Origin: an uncultured delta proteobacterium
GTDB taxonomy: Bacteria > Myxococcota > UBA727 > VGSZ01
DNA length: 64,000 bases
Assembly (NCBI GenBank): GCA_963775425.1
Contig: CAVZJB010000017.1
Span: 224,001 to 288,000, forward strand
Direction: 5' to 3'
Both the position numbers and the translations under genes were made by a program. Shown here one piece after another: positions 36,880 to 47,553 of this stretch (within the stretch, counting starts at the first letter, position 1; every line of letters starts with the position of its first letter). The notes beneath the pieces are model-generated. The model searched no databases. It saw nothing but the letters and a program-made list of their open reading frames with translations, and had not been told where the DNA came from.

Positions 36880-39357
36880 TCAGCGGACGGCGTACGTCGC
36901 GCGGTCGACGGGCTCCGCGACGCCGGGGAGATACAGCGCCACCGTGTGCGTGCCCGGGACCGCGTCGATCCACGTCGAAAACGGCGCGCGCAGCGTGAGG
37001 AGGTCGCCGCCGTCGGTGCGCACCAGGACCGTGTCGACGCCCGGCGGCGCGCGCACCTTCACGGGCACCCCCTGCCCTGCGGGCACCCCGGGCTCGCGCA
37101 GCAGCTCGTCGCCGTCGACGGGGCTCATGAACCGCGCGGCGGCGCGCACCGGCGGCCCGCGCGCGCCGCAGTCGCGAGCGCCGTCTTCGAGCGCCAGGCC
37201 CTCGGCGCGCGCCCACGCGGCGTAGCGCGGCTCGAACCTCAACGCGCGCACGCCGGGTGAGCAGCCGCCCGCGCCGTCGGCGACGATGTGGTGCGAGGCG
37301 CACGTCTCCGTGGGCGCCGTGCCTTTCAAGAAGTGCTCTTCGAAGGCGCCGGCGCACGCGGGGCCCGCGCGCTTGCCCGACAGCGGGCAGATCTTGACGG
37401 TGTCGAAGGCCGTGTCGTCGACCAGCGGCGCCGGGTGAACGCCCCGCATGGCCGCGAGCATCACGCGGCGAAAGATGACGCCGGCGCCGGTGATGCCCGA
37501 GACGTTCCGCATCGGAGTGCCGTCGAAGTTTCCGGCCCACACGGCCACGGTGCGCTCGTGGGTGAAGCCGGCCGTCCAGTTGTCGACGTACGCGCGGCTG
37601 GTGCCCGTCTTCGCCGCCACCGGGAACGGCAGCGACAGAGCGTTGTCGGGGCCGAACGCGGGCACGCGCGAGGGCTTGTCGATGAGGATGTCCGTGAGGA
37701 GCGCCACCGCGTCCCGCGGCAGGAAGCGCCGGGGCGAAGACGGCGCCGCGATCGGCAGCGCGCGACCGTCGCCGTCCTCGGCGCGCTCGACGTCGACGAG
37801 CGGGGACACGACGCCGCCGCGGGCGAGGCCGCGGTAGGCGCGCGCCATCTCGTACAGCTCGATGTCGCCGTCGCCGAGGACGATGCCGACGCCGTAGTGC
37901 TCGGGAGGCTCCGTGAGCGAGTCGAACCCCGCCGCGTGCAGCGTGTCGAGGATGCGCGCCGGGCCGAGCATCTCGGCCACGCGCACCGCGGGGATGTTGT
38001 AGCTGTTCTGCAGCGCCGCGCGCAGGCGCACCGGCCCGTGCACGCGCTTGTCGTAGTTGCGCGGCGAATAGGTGCCGGACTCGGTGGCGAGGTTCAGCTC
38101 GAGGTCGGGGATGAGCGTGGCGGGCGTCATGCCGTGCGAGAGCGCGAGCCCGTAGACGAACGGCTTGAGCGCGCTCCCCGGCTGCCGGCGCGCGCGGACG
38201 CCGTCGTTTTGGCCCTCGTGCGCGACGTCAAAGAAGTCGCGCGAGCCGGCGTAGGCGAGGACGTCGCCGGTCTTGTTGTCGATGACGACGACGGCGGCCT
38301 GGCCGACGCGCGCGGCGGCGAGGGGGCCGCCGAGCTCTTCGTCGATGACGCGCTCGACCTCGCGCTGCAGCGCGGGATCGATGGTGGTCTCGACGGTGAC
38401 GGCGCCGCCGAGCCCACGCGCGTCGAGGGACGCGAGGAGGGCGCTCGTGAAGTGCGGCGCCCGGAGGGAGGCGCGGGTGGCGTCGACATCGAGCGGCTCG
38501 TCGAGGGCGCGCGTGAGCGCGGCGGCGTCGAGCGCGCCGGGGACGTCGTTCATGCGCGCGAGCACGACGGCGCGCCGGCGCAGGGCGCGCTCGGGGTGAC
38601 GCAAAGGATCTTCGCGCGCGGGGGCGTGGGCGAGCCCGGCCAGGAGCGCGGCTTGCGCGGGAGAGAGCAGCCGCGCGGGGCGGCCGAAGTAGAAGCGGCT
38701 CGCGGCTTCGACGCCGACGACGCCGTTTCCGAGCGGGACGCGGTTCAGGTACTCGACGAGGATGCGCTCCTTGTCGAGGTGCGCCGACAACCGCAGCGCC
38801 CACAGCGCCTCCCACGCCTTGCCGGGGAGCGTGCGCGGCCGCGGCACCAGCCGCCGCGCGAGCTGCTGCTGGATGGTGGAGGCGCCGCTGGTGAAGCGGC
38901 CGGCGCCGGCGGAGTCGCGGACGGCGCGCGCGACGGCGCGCAGGTCGATCGGCAGCGCGCGCTCCTCGAAGCGCCGGTCCTCGGCCGCGAGGAAGGCGGC
39001 CTTCACGAGCGGCGGCACGCGATCGTCCTCGAGCGGGACGCTGCGCGCGCCGTCGGCGGCCGGGATCTCGCGAAGAGGATCGCCGTTGCGATCGAGGATG
39101 GCGAGCGACGTCACCGGCCGCCGCGCCAGCAGCGACGAGGACAGCGGCCACGCCACGAACGCCCCCGAGACGACGACGACGGCGGCGCACGCGCAGGCCA
39201 GCCCGCGCGCGATCCGGGCTCGAGTCACCCGGCGGAGCGCGCGCCACGGGGGCGCCCCCGTGGCGCCACCCGTCGTCGTGCGCGCGACGGTCGTCGTGGG
39301 CGCGACGGTCGTCGTGGGCGCGGCCTTCGTCGTGGCGCCCTCCGTCGGCGGGCTCAC
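36880..39357 (-). CDS. pbpC: Penicillin-binding protein 1C
   Basis: EDRRF, GASTIQQQL, PGSALKPF (SxxK), SYN, KTGTS; coupled to alpha-2-macroglobulin. Confidence 0.92.
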   Translation of the reverse strand: MSPPTEGATTKAAPTTTVAPTTTVARTTTGGATGAPPWRALRRVTRARIARGLACACAAVVVVSGAFVAWPLSSSLLARRPVTSLAILDRNGDPLREIPAADGARSVPLEDDRVPPLVKAAFLAAEDRRFEERALPIDLRAVARAVRDSAGAGRFTSGASTIQQQLARRLVPRPRTLPGKAWEALWALRLSAHLDKERILVEYLNRVPLGNGVVGVEAASRFYFGRPARLLSPAQAALLAGLAHAPAREDPLRHPERALRRRAVVLARMNDVPGALDAAALTRALDEPLDVDATRASLRAPHFTSALLASLDARGLGGAVTVETTIDPALQREVERVIDEELGGPLAAARVGQAAVVVIDNKTGDVLAYAGSRDFFDVAHEGQNDGVRARRQPGSALKPFVYGLALSHGMTPATLIPDLELNLATESGTYSPRNYDKRVHGPVRLRAALQNSYNIPAVRVAEMLGPARILDTLHAAGFDSLTEPPEHYGVGIVLGDGDIELYEMARAYRGLARGGVVSPLVDVERAEDGDGRALPIAAPSSPRRFLPRDAVALLTDILIDKPSRVPAFGPDNALSLPFPVAAKTGTSRAYVDNWTAGFTHERTVAVWAGNFDGTPMRNVSGITGAGVIFRRVMLAAMRGVHPAPLVDDTAFDTVKICPLSGKRAGPACAGAFEEHFLKGTAPTETCASHHIVADGAGGCSPGVRALRFEPRYAAWARAEGLALEDGARDCGARGPPVRAAARFMSPVDGDELLREPGVPAGQGVPVKVRAPPGVDTVLVRTDGGDLLTLRAPFSTWIDAVPGTHTVALYLPGVAEPVDRATYAVR

Positions 39358-42300
39358 GGCGCGACGACCTCAAAGGTGCCGCCGTCGGAGCGGCCCGAGG
39401 TCTCCGGGGCGTACATCTCCTCGGCCGTGGCCGGCTTCAAGACGAACGTCCCCGGCGTCGTCGCCCGCGCGGTGATCGACGTGGTGTGCACGCCCGGCGG
39501 CAGGTCGTCGGAGAAGAACACGGCGCGGTCGTCGCGCAGCTCGACGTGGTTGAACGGGCTCCACACGGCGTACTCCTCGCCCTCGCCCTCGCCCTCGTCG
39601 CCGTACTCACCGTCCTCGCCGCCCTCGCCGCCCTCGTCTCCCTCCTCGCCCGCCGGCGCGTGAGACGCCGTGGACGCAAGGCTCTCGTCGACGATCTCGA
39701 GGCCCGCCGGCAGCGGCACCTCCACCGCCACGAACTTTCGCTCCGCCGATGTCGCCACGCGCGCCTTCACGCGCACGAGCTCACCGGCGCGGACCTTCAA
39801 GGCGCGCCCCGTCCCGGGCGCGGTGCTCCACGGCTCGAACCAGCGCTGCACCGCGATGCCCGCGTCGAGCGGCGTGGTGGGCATCTCCTTCTTCGCGTAG
39901 CGCAGCGCGGCGGTGTAGCTGAGCGTGCCCGAGCCCGTCTTTTCGAACACGAGCGGCGCCTGCCCGCCGGCGCCGAGCGCGCTCATCGGCACGAGCTTCT
40001 CGAAGATGTCGAGGCTGCGACCGTCGAAGCGCTGCGTGATGAGCGGCTTCCCCGCCAGCGAGACCGTCGCCTCGAAGCGCGGCGGCTCATGCTCCTTGGC
40101 GCGCACCACCTCCGTCAGCGCCATCAAGGCGAACGCCGCCTCCTGCGTGCTTCGATAGCGCCCGCCCTTGCGCTCCGTGCCGAGCCAATGCGCGATCTTG
40201 CCGACGAAGGGATGGTCGGGCTCACCGTCGACGAGCGTCATCAGCACCACCGCCGACGTCCGCACGTCGCTCGACCAGTAGCTGCTCCAGCGCCGCGGGT
40301 CCGTCTCCTCGAAGTGCACGTCGCGCGCGGTCTCCTTGGCCCCGTTCATCACCTCCTGCAACAAGACGCCCGCGCGCTCGTCGTCGGCCTTGCCCACGTA
40401 GCTCGCGTCCGCGAGCATCGCCTTGGCGAACAGCGGCAGGTCCGCGCGCTTGTCGAAGAGCCCCTCGATGAAGCTGTTCTTCGGCTCCCCGGTGCGCGCC
40501 AGCGCCCACACCGCGAACGCCCGCTCCACGAGGCTCGCGTGCCGCTGCCAGCCGCACGAGGGCAAACGATCGGCGGCCACCTTGGTCGCGAGGAACCTCT
40601 TCGCCTTGCTCACGGCGGAGTCATCGACGGCATAGCCGAGCTCCTTGGCCCGAGAGAGGGCGAGCGTGGCGTACGACGACGCCCACGGGTCGCTGCACGA
40701 CGACGAGCCCCAGTAGCGGAAGCCGCCGTCGTCGCTCTGCAGGTCCTCGAGCGCACGCACCGTCTTGTCCGCGACGCGGTCGGGGTCCGGCACGCCGCCG
40801 GCGGCGTCGGCGTCGAGCCCCAGCCAGTGCGCCGTTCGTTGCTGCTCGGCGTCGCCGCCCTTGTGCGGCACACCGAACGCGCCCTCCAGCTCACGCAGCG
40901 CCATGAACGGCACCAGGCGCGACGAGAGCTGCTCGGCGCAGCCGTAGGGATACGCGACCAACTGCTCGAGCGCGTCCTGGTAGCCGGCGAGCGCCGTGGA
41001 CGCCAGGCTCACCTGGAGGCCACCCACGCCGGGGTAGACCCCCGCCGGCGGCGCCAGCGCCTCCTCGCGCTTTCCGTCCGTGTCGCCGGTGGCGGCCACC
41101 GTCTCCATCACCATGGGGAGCACCACGGGCAAGAGGTGCTCCACGCCGTCCCGCTCGCCGCCTCCGATGACCTCGAAGCGCAGCCGCGCCGTCCCCGGCG
41201 ATTTGGCCGCGAACGAAAACCGCACCTCGCGCGCGCGGCCGGCCTCGACGCGCACCGTCTGCTCCGGCGGCCCGTCGAGCGCGAGCCCTTGCGCGTCCAC
41301 CTTCACCTTCACGTCGCCGGCCTGCTGCGCGTGCACGATCACGCCCGCGGAGAACGTGTCGCCGACGCGCGCGAGGCGCGGCAGCGCCGGCAACGCGAGC
41401 AGCGGCTTCTGCACGACGATGTCGGTGCGCCCGGAGCCCGCGCGATCGCCCTCGGTGACGGCCAGCGCCATCACGCGGTAGGTGGTGAGGTCGTCCGGGA
41501 GCTTCACCTCCACCTCGGCGCGGCCCTGTTCGTCCGTCTCCACCTGGGGCACGAAGAACGCCGTGGTCTTGAAGTTGGAGCGGAAGCCGCCGCCGACGCC
41601 GGCGCCGCCGTCGCCGCCGGGGGGCCTGCCCTTCTCGCCGTAGCGCTGCTTCTTGATGAGGAAGATCAGCGGCTCACCGAGCCGCACGCTCAAGCCGCGC
41701 GGCGGGTGAATGGCCGCCACGGGATCGGGCACGCTGTAGTCCGTCAAGCGCAGCACGGCCTCGTCCACCGCCCACAGCGCGACCTCCGCGGGCGCGCCGT
41801 GGCCCTCGAAGTCCTTCACCGCGATCTTGAGCTTGAGCTTCTCGCCCGGCCGGTGCGTGCCCGCGCCCGCGTCGACGGCGACGTCGAGCCGCTTCTCCCG
41901 CTTGTCGACCTCGAGCTTCGCGTACCCGACGCGCACCTGCGGCCTGCCCGGGTCCGCCTCACGCGCGGCGGCCGACGCGGCGTCCTTCGGGCTCGCGGCG
42001 TCGTCGGGGACGCGGCCCCGGACGACGACGACGCTCACGAACACGTTCGGCACCATGCCGTCGGTGATGGGGATGTCCACGGTGCTCGACGGCGACACCT
42101 TCTGCCGCCGGGTCCACAGCACGCCCTCACGCTCGACGGTGACGAGCGCCTCCGCGTCGGGCCACGGGCTCTTCACGAGCACCCTGGCGGTGTCGCCCGC
42201 CTCGTAGAGCTTCTTGTCCGCGACGAGGTCGATCTGGTCGCCGTCGGTGCGCTGCCAGCTCACCCAGGCGCCGCCCACGACGTAGGTCGACGTGGTGGTG

Positions 42301-45248
42301 GTCTGCTTCCTGCCGTGATCGTCGGTGGCCGTGGCCTCGATGATGTAGAGGCCGGCGCGTTCGGGGGTGACGTCGCAGCCGACGTCGGCGGAGGCGTCGC
42401 TCACCTTGCTGCACGTGGAGACCGGCGTCTCCTGCGGCTCGCTCATGGTGATGAAGCGGCCCGTGTCCGGGTCCTTCTTCTTGATGCTCTTCCACTCGCG
42501 CCGCTTGACCGCCACCTCGATGTGGGTCCCCGCCACGCGCTGTCCATCGACGCCGACGGCGATGAGCCCGATGTGCAGCGGCTTGTTGACCTCCCCGAAG
42601 CCATCCCCCGTGCGGACGCCCGCGTACACCGAGGCGGGGTGCACGATGACGCGCGCGCGGTTGGCCACCCGTTGCCGGCTCACGTCCTCGACCTCGGACT
42701 CGATCTCGTACGCCACCGTCCGGCCGGCGACCGCCTCGGTCTCGCCGACGTCGACGGCGAGGGTGCCGTCGGCGCCGACGTCGTCGCTCTTCCTGAAGAC
42801 CACCGCCGACGCGCCCTCGGGCTCGCCGTCGTCGAAGCCCCACACGTTCTTGCCGAACGCGTACTCGTCGAAGCCCTCAGGCGTGAAGTCCGCCGTCTCG
42901 CGCACCACCGTGGTGTCCACGTGGGCTCCGGGCATGGCGCCGCCGAAGAGGTAGCGCGCGTCGACGTGGGCGATCAGGTGCTCGCCCGCGACCACCGCAG
43001 GCCTCTCGGTGGTGACGTCCACCTTGAACTTGGGCGCGCGGTACTCCTCCACGCGAAACGACGTCGACAGGTCGATCTCTTTCCCCGCCACCGTGGCGCT
43101 CGCGGCGAGCTCGTGCCAGCCGAGCGAGCCTCCTTCGGGCAGCTTGACCTTGGTGCTGAACGTGCCGAAGCGCGTGAGGGGCACGTCCTGCTTGGCGACC
43201 GTCTTGCCGTATGTCCTCACCTCGACGTGCACCTCGCTGTCGATCTTCGGGAGCGAGATGACGCCGCGGCGGCGCAGGCGGACCACGCCCTTGATGTCCA
43301 CCTCGTCACCGGGGCGATAGATCCCGCGCTCCGTGGCGACGAAGCCGAGCGCGCGCGGCACGTCTCCGTCGAAGTCGACGTCCATCCCGGCGCTCGAGGG
43401 GCCGATCTCGCCCTCCCACGACGAGAACGACACGCCCGTGTCGCCGTCCTTCTGCGCGGACACGAGCACCTCGGGCGCGGAGTAGTAGCCTTCGATGTTG
43501 CTGCCGGCGACCAGGTCGGCGAGGCCCTTCACGTGCGCGATGCCGTCGTCATCGCTGGTCTCGCTCTCGAGCGCTTTTCCGTGCGTGTCGTAGAGCGTGA
43601 CGGTGGCGCCGGCCACCGGCGCGCCCTTGGACAGCGACGTCACCCACACCACGCCGCTCGTGGCGCCGAGCTTCGCGTGCGCGACCAGGTCCGTGATCTG
43701 CCCGAGCACGTAGCTCGGCTCGTGGCCCACCTCGGGCGCGATGAGCGCGAGGCGGAAGAGCTTGGGCGCGCCCGAGGGCAGGAGCGCGCCGAGCTTCAGC
43801 GGCACGCGCACCGCCACGTTGCGTTCGGCGGAGGTGTCGACGGTGGTGGCGATGGCGTCCTTGCCCACCACGTGGGCGCGCGGATCGCGCATGAGCCCCG
43901 CCATCTCCGCGGGCAGGAGCGGCAACACCGAGACGCGCACCTCGTCGACGTTGACGGCCTCGACGGGATAGCTGTCGTCGCCGCCGCCCTCGATGAGCGC
44001 CAGCGAGCTGTCGACGCGCAGGTCCGGCTCGACGTCGTCGAGCTTGAACGTCCCCGAAAACGCCGGCGCCTCCTGGCCGAGCGCGTCCTTCACACCGGCG
44101 TCGACGACGATCTTGTAGTGGAGCCCCGGGCGGAAGCGCGCCTGGATGCTGGCGGTGGCGCCGTCGTGCACCGAGGTGCGCGAGCCGATCTCGTCGTCGT
44201 CGATGACCGCGGGCGGATCGAAGTGCACCTTGCCCAGCAAGCTCTCGACGTCGGGCTCGTTGGTGGCCTGGAGGACCACGGGCCCGTACGGACACGTCTC
44301 GCGCCACGACTCGCACGCGCGGACGCCCGTGAAGCGCATCGCGCCCGCCACGGCGAAGGAGAGCTGCTTGGGCTCGGCGGTGATGGGTCCTTCCTTGCCG
44401 GCGAGGCTGCCGTCGACGGAGACCGTGAGCTTCTCACCCGACGCGAGCGTGGCCTTGGGCTTCAGCACGTAGCGCGTCTCCCGGCCCCACGACGAGCGCG
44501 CCGGCGGCGCCGCGTGCTGCTTCTTGGCGCGCTCGGCCTCGACGTCGACGACGTCGACGACGTCGTAGGCGACGGGCTTGCCGCCGCTTTTGATGGTGAC
44601 GTGACGCGCGAAGTCGTCGGCCATCGGCTGGTTGAAGACGAGCGCGATCTTCCCGTCCGGCGGGAGCCAGCGCCAACCGGCCTCGGGGTCGCTGCGCACG
44701 ACGCGCGGGTGCACGGTCTCGAAGGAGAAGGTGTAGGGCTTTTGGAGCTTCTCGCCGTCGACGGCGACGAGGCCGTCGCCCAGCGTGACGGTGAATTTGG
44801 TGGCGTAGGGGAGCACCTCGTCGGGAGCGAATTCGATGCTCGACGAGCCGATCCACTTCCACGCGCCCTTCACCGCGGGCTCGATCCGCGCCTGCGGCGG
44901 CTTGGCGGCGTCGCGGTCGCCGAGCGCCACCACGGGCTTGTTGAAGGTGACCGCGGGGCGCGCGCCGCTGCTGTTGACGCCTTGCGGGCGCGCGACGACG
45001 ACGGTGAGCGGACCCGCGGGGATGCCGGCGAACGCGCCGCTTTGGATGTGGACGGCGGGCGGCTCGGGGAGGGGCAGCAGCTCGAGGGGCTCCTTTTCCG
45101 CGGGGACCTTGAGCGTGTCGGTGTGCGCGAGGTCGGGCTCCTGCTTGCCGCAGCGGTTGCATGAGACGGCCGTCGCGAGCGATGCGGTGACGACGGCGAC
45201 GACGGCGAAGCGATGACGGCGAGCGTGCACGTGGACCCCCGGATGCAT
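39354..45248 (-). CDS. Bacterial alpha-2-macroglobulin family lipoprotein
   Basis: TERGIYRPG, FRVEEY, LPDDLTTYRV, thioester YPYGCAEQ, RSTQE, AEEMYAPETSGRS. Confidence 0.95.
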   Translation of the reverse strand: MHPGVHVHARRHRFAVVAVVTASLATAVSCNRCGKQEPDLAHTDTLKVPAEKEPLELLPLPEPPAVHIQSGAFAGIPAGPLTVVVARPQGVNSSGARPAVTFNKPVVALGDRDAAKPPQARIEPAVKGAWKWIGSSSIEFAPDEVLPYATKFTVTLGDGLVAVDGEKLQKPYTFSFETVHPRVVRSDPEAGWRWLPPDGKIALVFNQPMADDFARHVTIKSGGKPVAYDVVDVVDVEAERAKKQHAAPPARSSWGRETRYVLKPKATLASGEKLTVSVDGSLAGKEGPITAEPKQLSFAVAGAMRFTGVRACESWRETCPYGPVVLQATNEPDVESLLGKVHFDPPAVIDDDEIGSRTSVHDGATASIQARFRPGLHYKIVVDAGVKDALGQEAPAFSGTFKLDDVEPDLRVDSSLALIEGGGDDSYPVEAVNVDEVRVSVLPLLPAEMAGLMRDPRAHVVGKDAIATTVDTSAERNVAVRVPLKLGALLPSGAPKLFRLALIAPEVGHEPSYVLGQITDLVAHAKLGATSGVVWVTSLSKGAPVAGATVTLYDTHGKALESETSDDDGIAHVKGLADLVAGSNIEGYYSAPEVLVSAQKDGDTGVSFSSWEGEIGPSSAGMDVDFDGDVPRALGFVATERGIYRPGDEVDIKGVVRLRRRGVISLPKIDSEVHVEVRTYGKTVAKQDVPLTRFGTFSTKVKLPEGGSLGWHELAASATVAGKEIDLSTSFRVEEYRAPKFKVDVTTERPAVVAGEHLIAHVDARYLFGGAMPGAHVDTTVVRETADFTPEGFDEYAFGKNVWGFDDGEPEGASAVVFRKSDDVGADGTLAVDVGETEAVAGRTVAYEIESEVEDVSRQRVANRARVIVHPASVYAGVRTGDGFGEVNKPLHIGLIAVGVDGQRVAGTHIEVAVKRREWKSIKKKDPDTGRFITMSEPQETPVSTCSKVSDASADVGCDVTPERAGLYIIEATATDDHGRKQTTTTSTYVVGGAWVSWQRTDGDQIDLVADKKLYEAGDTARVLVKSPWPDAEALVTVEREGVLWTRRQKVSPSSTVDIPITDGMVPNVFVSVVVVRGRVPDDAASPKDAASAAAREADPGRPQVRVGYAKLEVDKREKRLDVAVDAGAGTHRPGEKLKLKIAVKDFEGHGAPAEVALWAVDEAVLRLTDYSVPDPVAAIHPPRGLSVRLGEPLIFLIKKQRYGEKGRPPGGDGGAGVGGGFRSNFKTTAFFVPQVETDEQGRAEVEVKLPDDLTTYRVMALAVTEGDRAGSGRTDIVVQKPLLALPALPRLARVGDTFSAGVIVHAQQAGDVKVKVDAQGLALDGPPEQTVRVEAGRAREVRFSFAAKSPGTARLRFEVIGGGERDGVEHLLPVVLPMVMETVAATGDTDGKREEALAPPAGVYPGVGGLQVSLASTALAGYQDALEQLVAYPYGCAEQLSSRLVPFMALRELEGAFGVPHKGGDAEQQRTAHWLGLDADAAGGVPDPDRVADKTVRALEDLQSDDGGFRYWGSSSCSDPWASSYATLALSRAKELGYAVDDSAVSKAKRFLATKVAADRLPSCGWQRHASLVERAFAVWALARTGEPKNSFIEGLFDKRADLPLFAKAMLADASYVGKADDERAGVLLQEVMNGAKETARDVHFEETDPRRWSSYWSSDVRTSAVVLMTLVDGEPDHPFVGKIAHWLGTERKGGRYRSTQEAAFALMALTEVVRAKEHEPPRFEATVSLAGKPLITQRFDGRSLDIFEKLVPMSALGAGGQAPLVFEKTGSGTLSYTAALRYAKKEMPTTPLDAGIAVQRWFEPWSTAPGTGRALKVRAGELVRVKARVATSAERKFVAVEVPLPAGLEIVDESLASTASHAPAGEEGDEGGEGGEDGEYGDEGEGEGEEYAVWSPFNHVELRDDRAVFFSDDLPPGVHTTSITARATTPGTFVLKPATAEEMYAPETSGRSDGGTFEVVAP

Positions 45249-45255
45249 GACGGAG

Positions 45256-46185
45256 TTAGCGGCCCGCGCGGCGCGGGCCTCGGTCGGAGCGCGGCCGGGC
45301 GGAGGCGCTCTTTGGAGAAGGGGGCCGGCGTGACAGCTCCCACAGGATCACGGACGAGGCGCAGGCGACGTTCATGCTCTCGACGGCGCCGCTGCCGGGG
45401 ATGGCGACGACGACGTCGGCCTCGTCGAACAGCGCGCGGCTCAAGCCCTGCCCCTCGGAGCCGAACAGGACGAGCGCGCGCCGCGGCAGCGGCACGTCGC
45501 CGAGCCGGGTCTCGGTGTGGCTCGAGGTGGCGACGACGCGGTAGCCGGCGGAGCGGAGCGCGCGCAAGGAGGCGAGGCCGTCTCCCGCCGGCACGACCTC
45601 GACGTGCTCCGCGCCGCCCTCGGCCGTGCGCATCGCCGCCGGGGACAGCGCGGGCGTCTCGCCCGCGGCGAGCACGGCGCGCACGCCGAAGTGTGCACAG
45701 ACGCGGAGGATGGCGCCGAGGTTGTGCGGGTTCTTCACGCTCTCGAGCATCACGACGACGCCGGCGCCCTTTTCCTCGACGAGCCGGCGCAGCACGCGCT
45801 CGGCGGACACGGGCGGGCGCAGGCGCGCGATGAAGCAGACGCCGTCGTGGTGCACCGTCTCGGCGATCTGATCGAGGTCGTCGCCGGTCTTGACGTGATA
45901 GGCGATGCGCTGTTGGGCGCACCACTTGAGCACGTCGCCGAACGCCTTGAGGTTCTCCTCGGTGACATACACGCGGCGGATGTCGTCGCGGCGGTTCTCG
46001 AACAGCGCGCGGCAGGCGTTCCTGCCGGCGACCTTCATCTCGGGCGCGTTGTCCGCGCGCGGGTGACGCCCACCGCGGGCAGCGGACGTCGCTTCGGGCT
46101 CGGCGTGTGCCTGACGCGCCGGAGCGCGCCCGGCATCGGCCCGTGGCGACGGTCGAGACCTCGAGCGCTCGTCGCGATTTCGCAC
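45256..46185 (-). CDS. TrmH/SpoU family RNA 2'-O-methyltransferase (YfiF-like)
   Basis: NPHNLGAILR, FGSEGQG, VAIPGSGAVESMNVA. Start GTG 46185 (TACGGT 6 nt upstream) or ATG 46038. Confidence 0.9.
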   Translation of the reverse strand: MRNRDERSRSRPSPRADAGRAPARQAHAEPEATSAARGGRHPRADNAPEMKVAGRNACRALFENRRDDIRRVYVTEENLKAFGDVLKWCAQQRIAYHVKTGDDLDQIAETVHHDGVCFIARLRPPVSAERVLRRLVEEKGAGVVVMLESVKNPHNLGAILRVCAHFGVRAVLAAGETPALSPAAMRTAEGGAEHVEVVPAGDGLASLRALRSAGYRVVATSSHTETRLGDVPLPRRALVLFGSEGQGLSRALFDEADVVVAIPGSGAVESMNVACASSVILWELSRRPPSPKSASARPRSDRGPRRAGR

Positions 46186-46290
46186 GGCGCGACCGTAGCA
46201 CGCCCCTGGAAAGACGCGGCCGCAGCCCGCGCGTGCCACCGGATCACACGCGCGCACACGGATCTTCGGGGGAGCCGCCAATGCGTCCGC

Positions 46291-46827
46291 ATGAAGACGA
46301 CCCTCGCGCTCCCGGCGCTCCTCGCGCTGTCCGCCTGCAACGGCATCGTGGGCGCGGTGCCCGTCGAGGTCTCCGGCGGCACCCTCACCGCCTCCGGCGA
46401 TGCGCACCGCGCGGTGCTCCGCCTGTCGGAGGCGAGGTCTGCGCCCGGGTGCGGCGTCGAGGAGCCGAGCGACGTCGAGGTGGTCATCTCCCTCGCCAAC
46501 GACGCCGGCATCGACCCAGGCGTCTACGACATCACCGGCGGCGCGCGCTCCGCCGACGCCCGCCTCACGCTCACTGACAAGAGCTGCGCCGCCCTGCGCG
46601 ACGACGCCGCCACGAGCGGCGCCGTGCACGTCAACACCATCGACCTCCATGCGCGCGCCACCGGCTCGTACGATCTCGTGTTCGACACGGGAGAGCTGTC
46701 GGGCCGCTTCGACGCGGGCGCGTGCGTGCTCGCCGGCGGCGGCGACGTCGACGTCGCCGACTGCGACGACGTCGACCATGACGGCGAGCCCGGCGGCACA
46801 TCCGGCGGCGGCGGCGACGGCGACTGA
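46291..46827 (+). CDS. Hypothetical lipoprotein
   Basis: MKTTLALPALLALSAC lipobox; beta-rich body. Confidence 0.7.
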   Translation: MKTTLALPALLALSACNGIVGAVPVEVSGGTLTASGDAHRAVLRLSEARSAPGCGVEEPSDVEVVISLANDAGIDPGVYDITGGARSADARLTLTDKSCAALRDDAATSGAVHVNTIDLHARATGSYDLVFDTGELSGRFDAGACVLAGGGDVDVADCDDVDHDGEPGGTSGGGGDGD

Positions 46828-46884
46828 GGGTCGCGGCTCCCCCCGTCGTGGGCAGGCTTGTGCGGCGCGTCGGGCGGCGCGCGC

Positions 46885-47553
46885 TCAACCGCCGCCGAAC
46901 CGCTCGTCGACGACGCGCTGGGTGAAGACCCGGCGCAGGTAGAACCCCTGCGGGGGCGCGCGATAGGCGACGCCGGCGACGTCGGTGGCGCTGCGCTCGA
47001 CGCGGGCGTCGCGCGCCTTCGGGCGGAGCTGCAGGAAGCGGCCGCGGCGTGCGGTGACGGCGAAGCCGAGGCCGTGGGCGACGAGGTCGGCGAGGTCTTC
47101 CCAGTCGGCGCGCAGCGCGCGCTCGTCGTCCTCCCCGGGGCTCCACAAGAAGGCCGTTCCCACGCGGCGCTGCTCGCCGCGCGCCTCCACCGGAACGAAC
47201 AGCACGCGCGCGAGCTTCGCCCGCGCCCGCGACGTCGCCCACGTCTCTTCCTTGATGCTCTCGGGCGAGGCGCTGCACACCCACGTGGACTCGACGACGC
47301 GGCCGCCGTCGACGGGCAGCGTCTTCACCTCCACGCCGGCGGCGGCGAAGTCCGGCCCGGGTGCGCTCGAGCGCGGCAGCCCGAGCGCCCGCTCGACGAG
47401 CTCGCCGACGCCGCCCTTGCCCACCGCCACGCCGAGCGACGACACGGTCCGCCCGGCGAGGGCGTGCGCGCGGGCGAGGATCTCGACCTCGTCGACGACC
47501 TCCTCGACGACGTCCTCGACGACGGCCTCGACGGTGATCACGGCGCGCGCCAC
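46885..47553 (-). CDS. mutH: MutH/Sau3AI-family endonuclease, closely MutH-like
   Basis: KGGVGELVERALG, PDF...GVEVKTLPVD (PD-D/ExK), ESTWVC, W.TS...KL.RVLFVPVE, LWSP, DWEDL, TARRGRFLQLRPKA, GFYLRRVFT, co-linear with E. coli MutH as I recall it. Confidence 0.88.
   Translation of the reverse strand: MARAVITVEAVVEDVVEEVVDEVEILARAHALAGRTVSSLGVAVGKGGVGELVERALGLPRSSAPGPDFAAAGVEVKTLPVDGGRVVESTWVCSASPESIKEETWATSRARAKLARVLFVPVEARGEQRRVGTAFLWSPGEDDERALRADWEDLADLVAHGLGFAVTARRGRFLQLRPKARDARVERSATDVAGVAYRAPPQGFYLRRVFTQRVVDERFGGG

Noticed and set aside
39270-39322. 18-bp x3 repeat at the pbpC N-terminus (APTTTV) and PPQTQ x3 in the S8 protease
   Set aside because: Ordinary in-frame linker slippage repeats.
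39486-45164. 1892-aa plus-strand ORF and similar long shadows (7988-10786, 58558-61701)
   Set aside because: Antisense to well-supported genes; expected from stop-codon scarcity in high-GC DNA.
36880-45248. Alpha-2-macroglobulin-pbpC pair as novel
   Set aside because: Well-known conserved gene pair.
46885-47553. Restriction-modification system
   Set aside because: No DNA methyltransferase nearby (the neighbour is an RNA methyltransferase) and the protein is single-domain like MutH.
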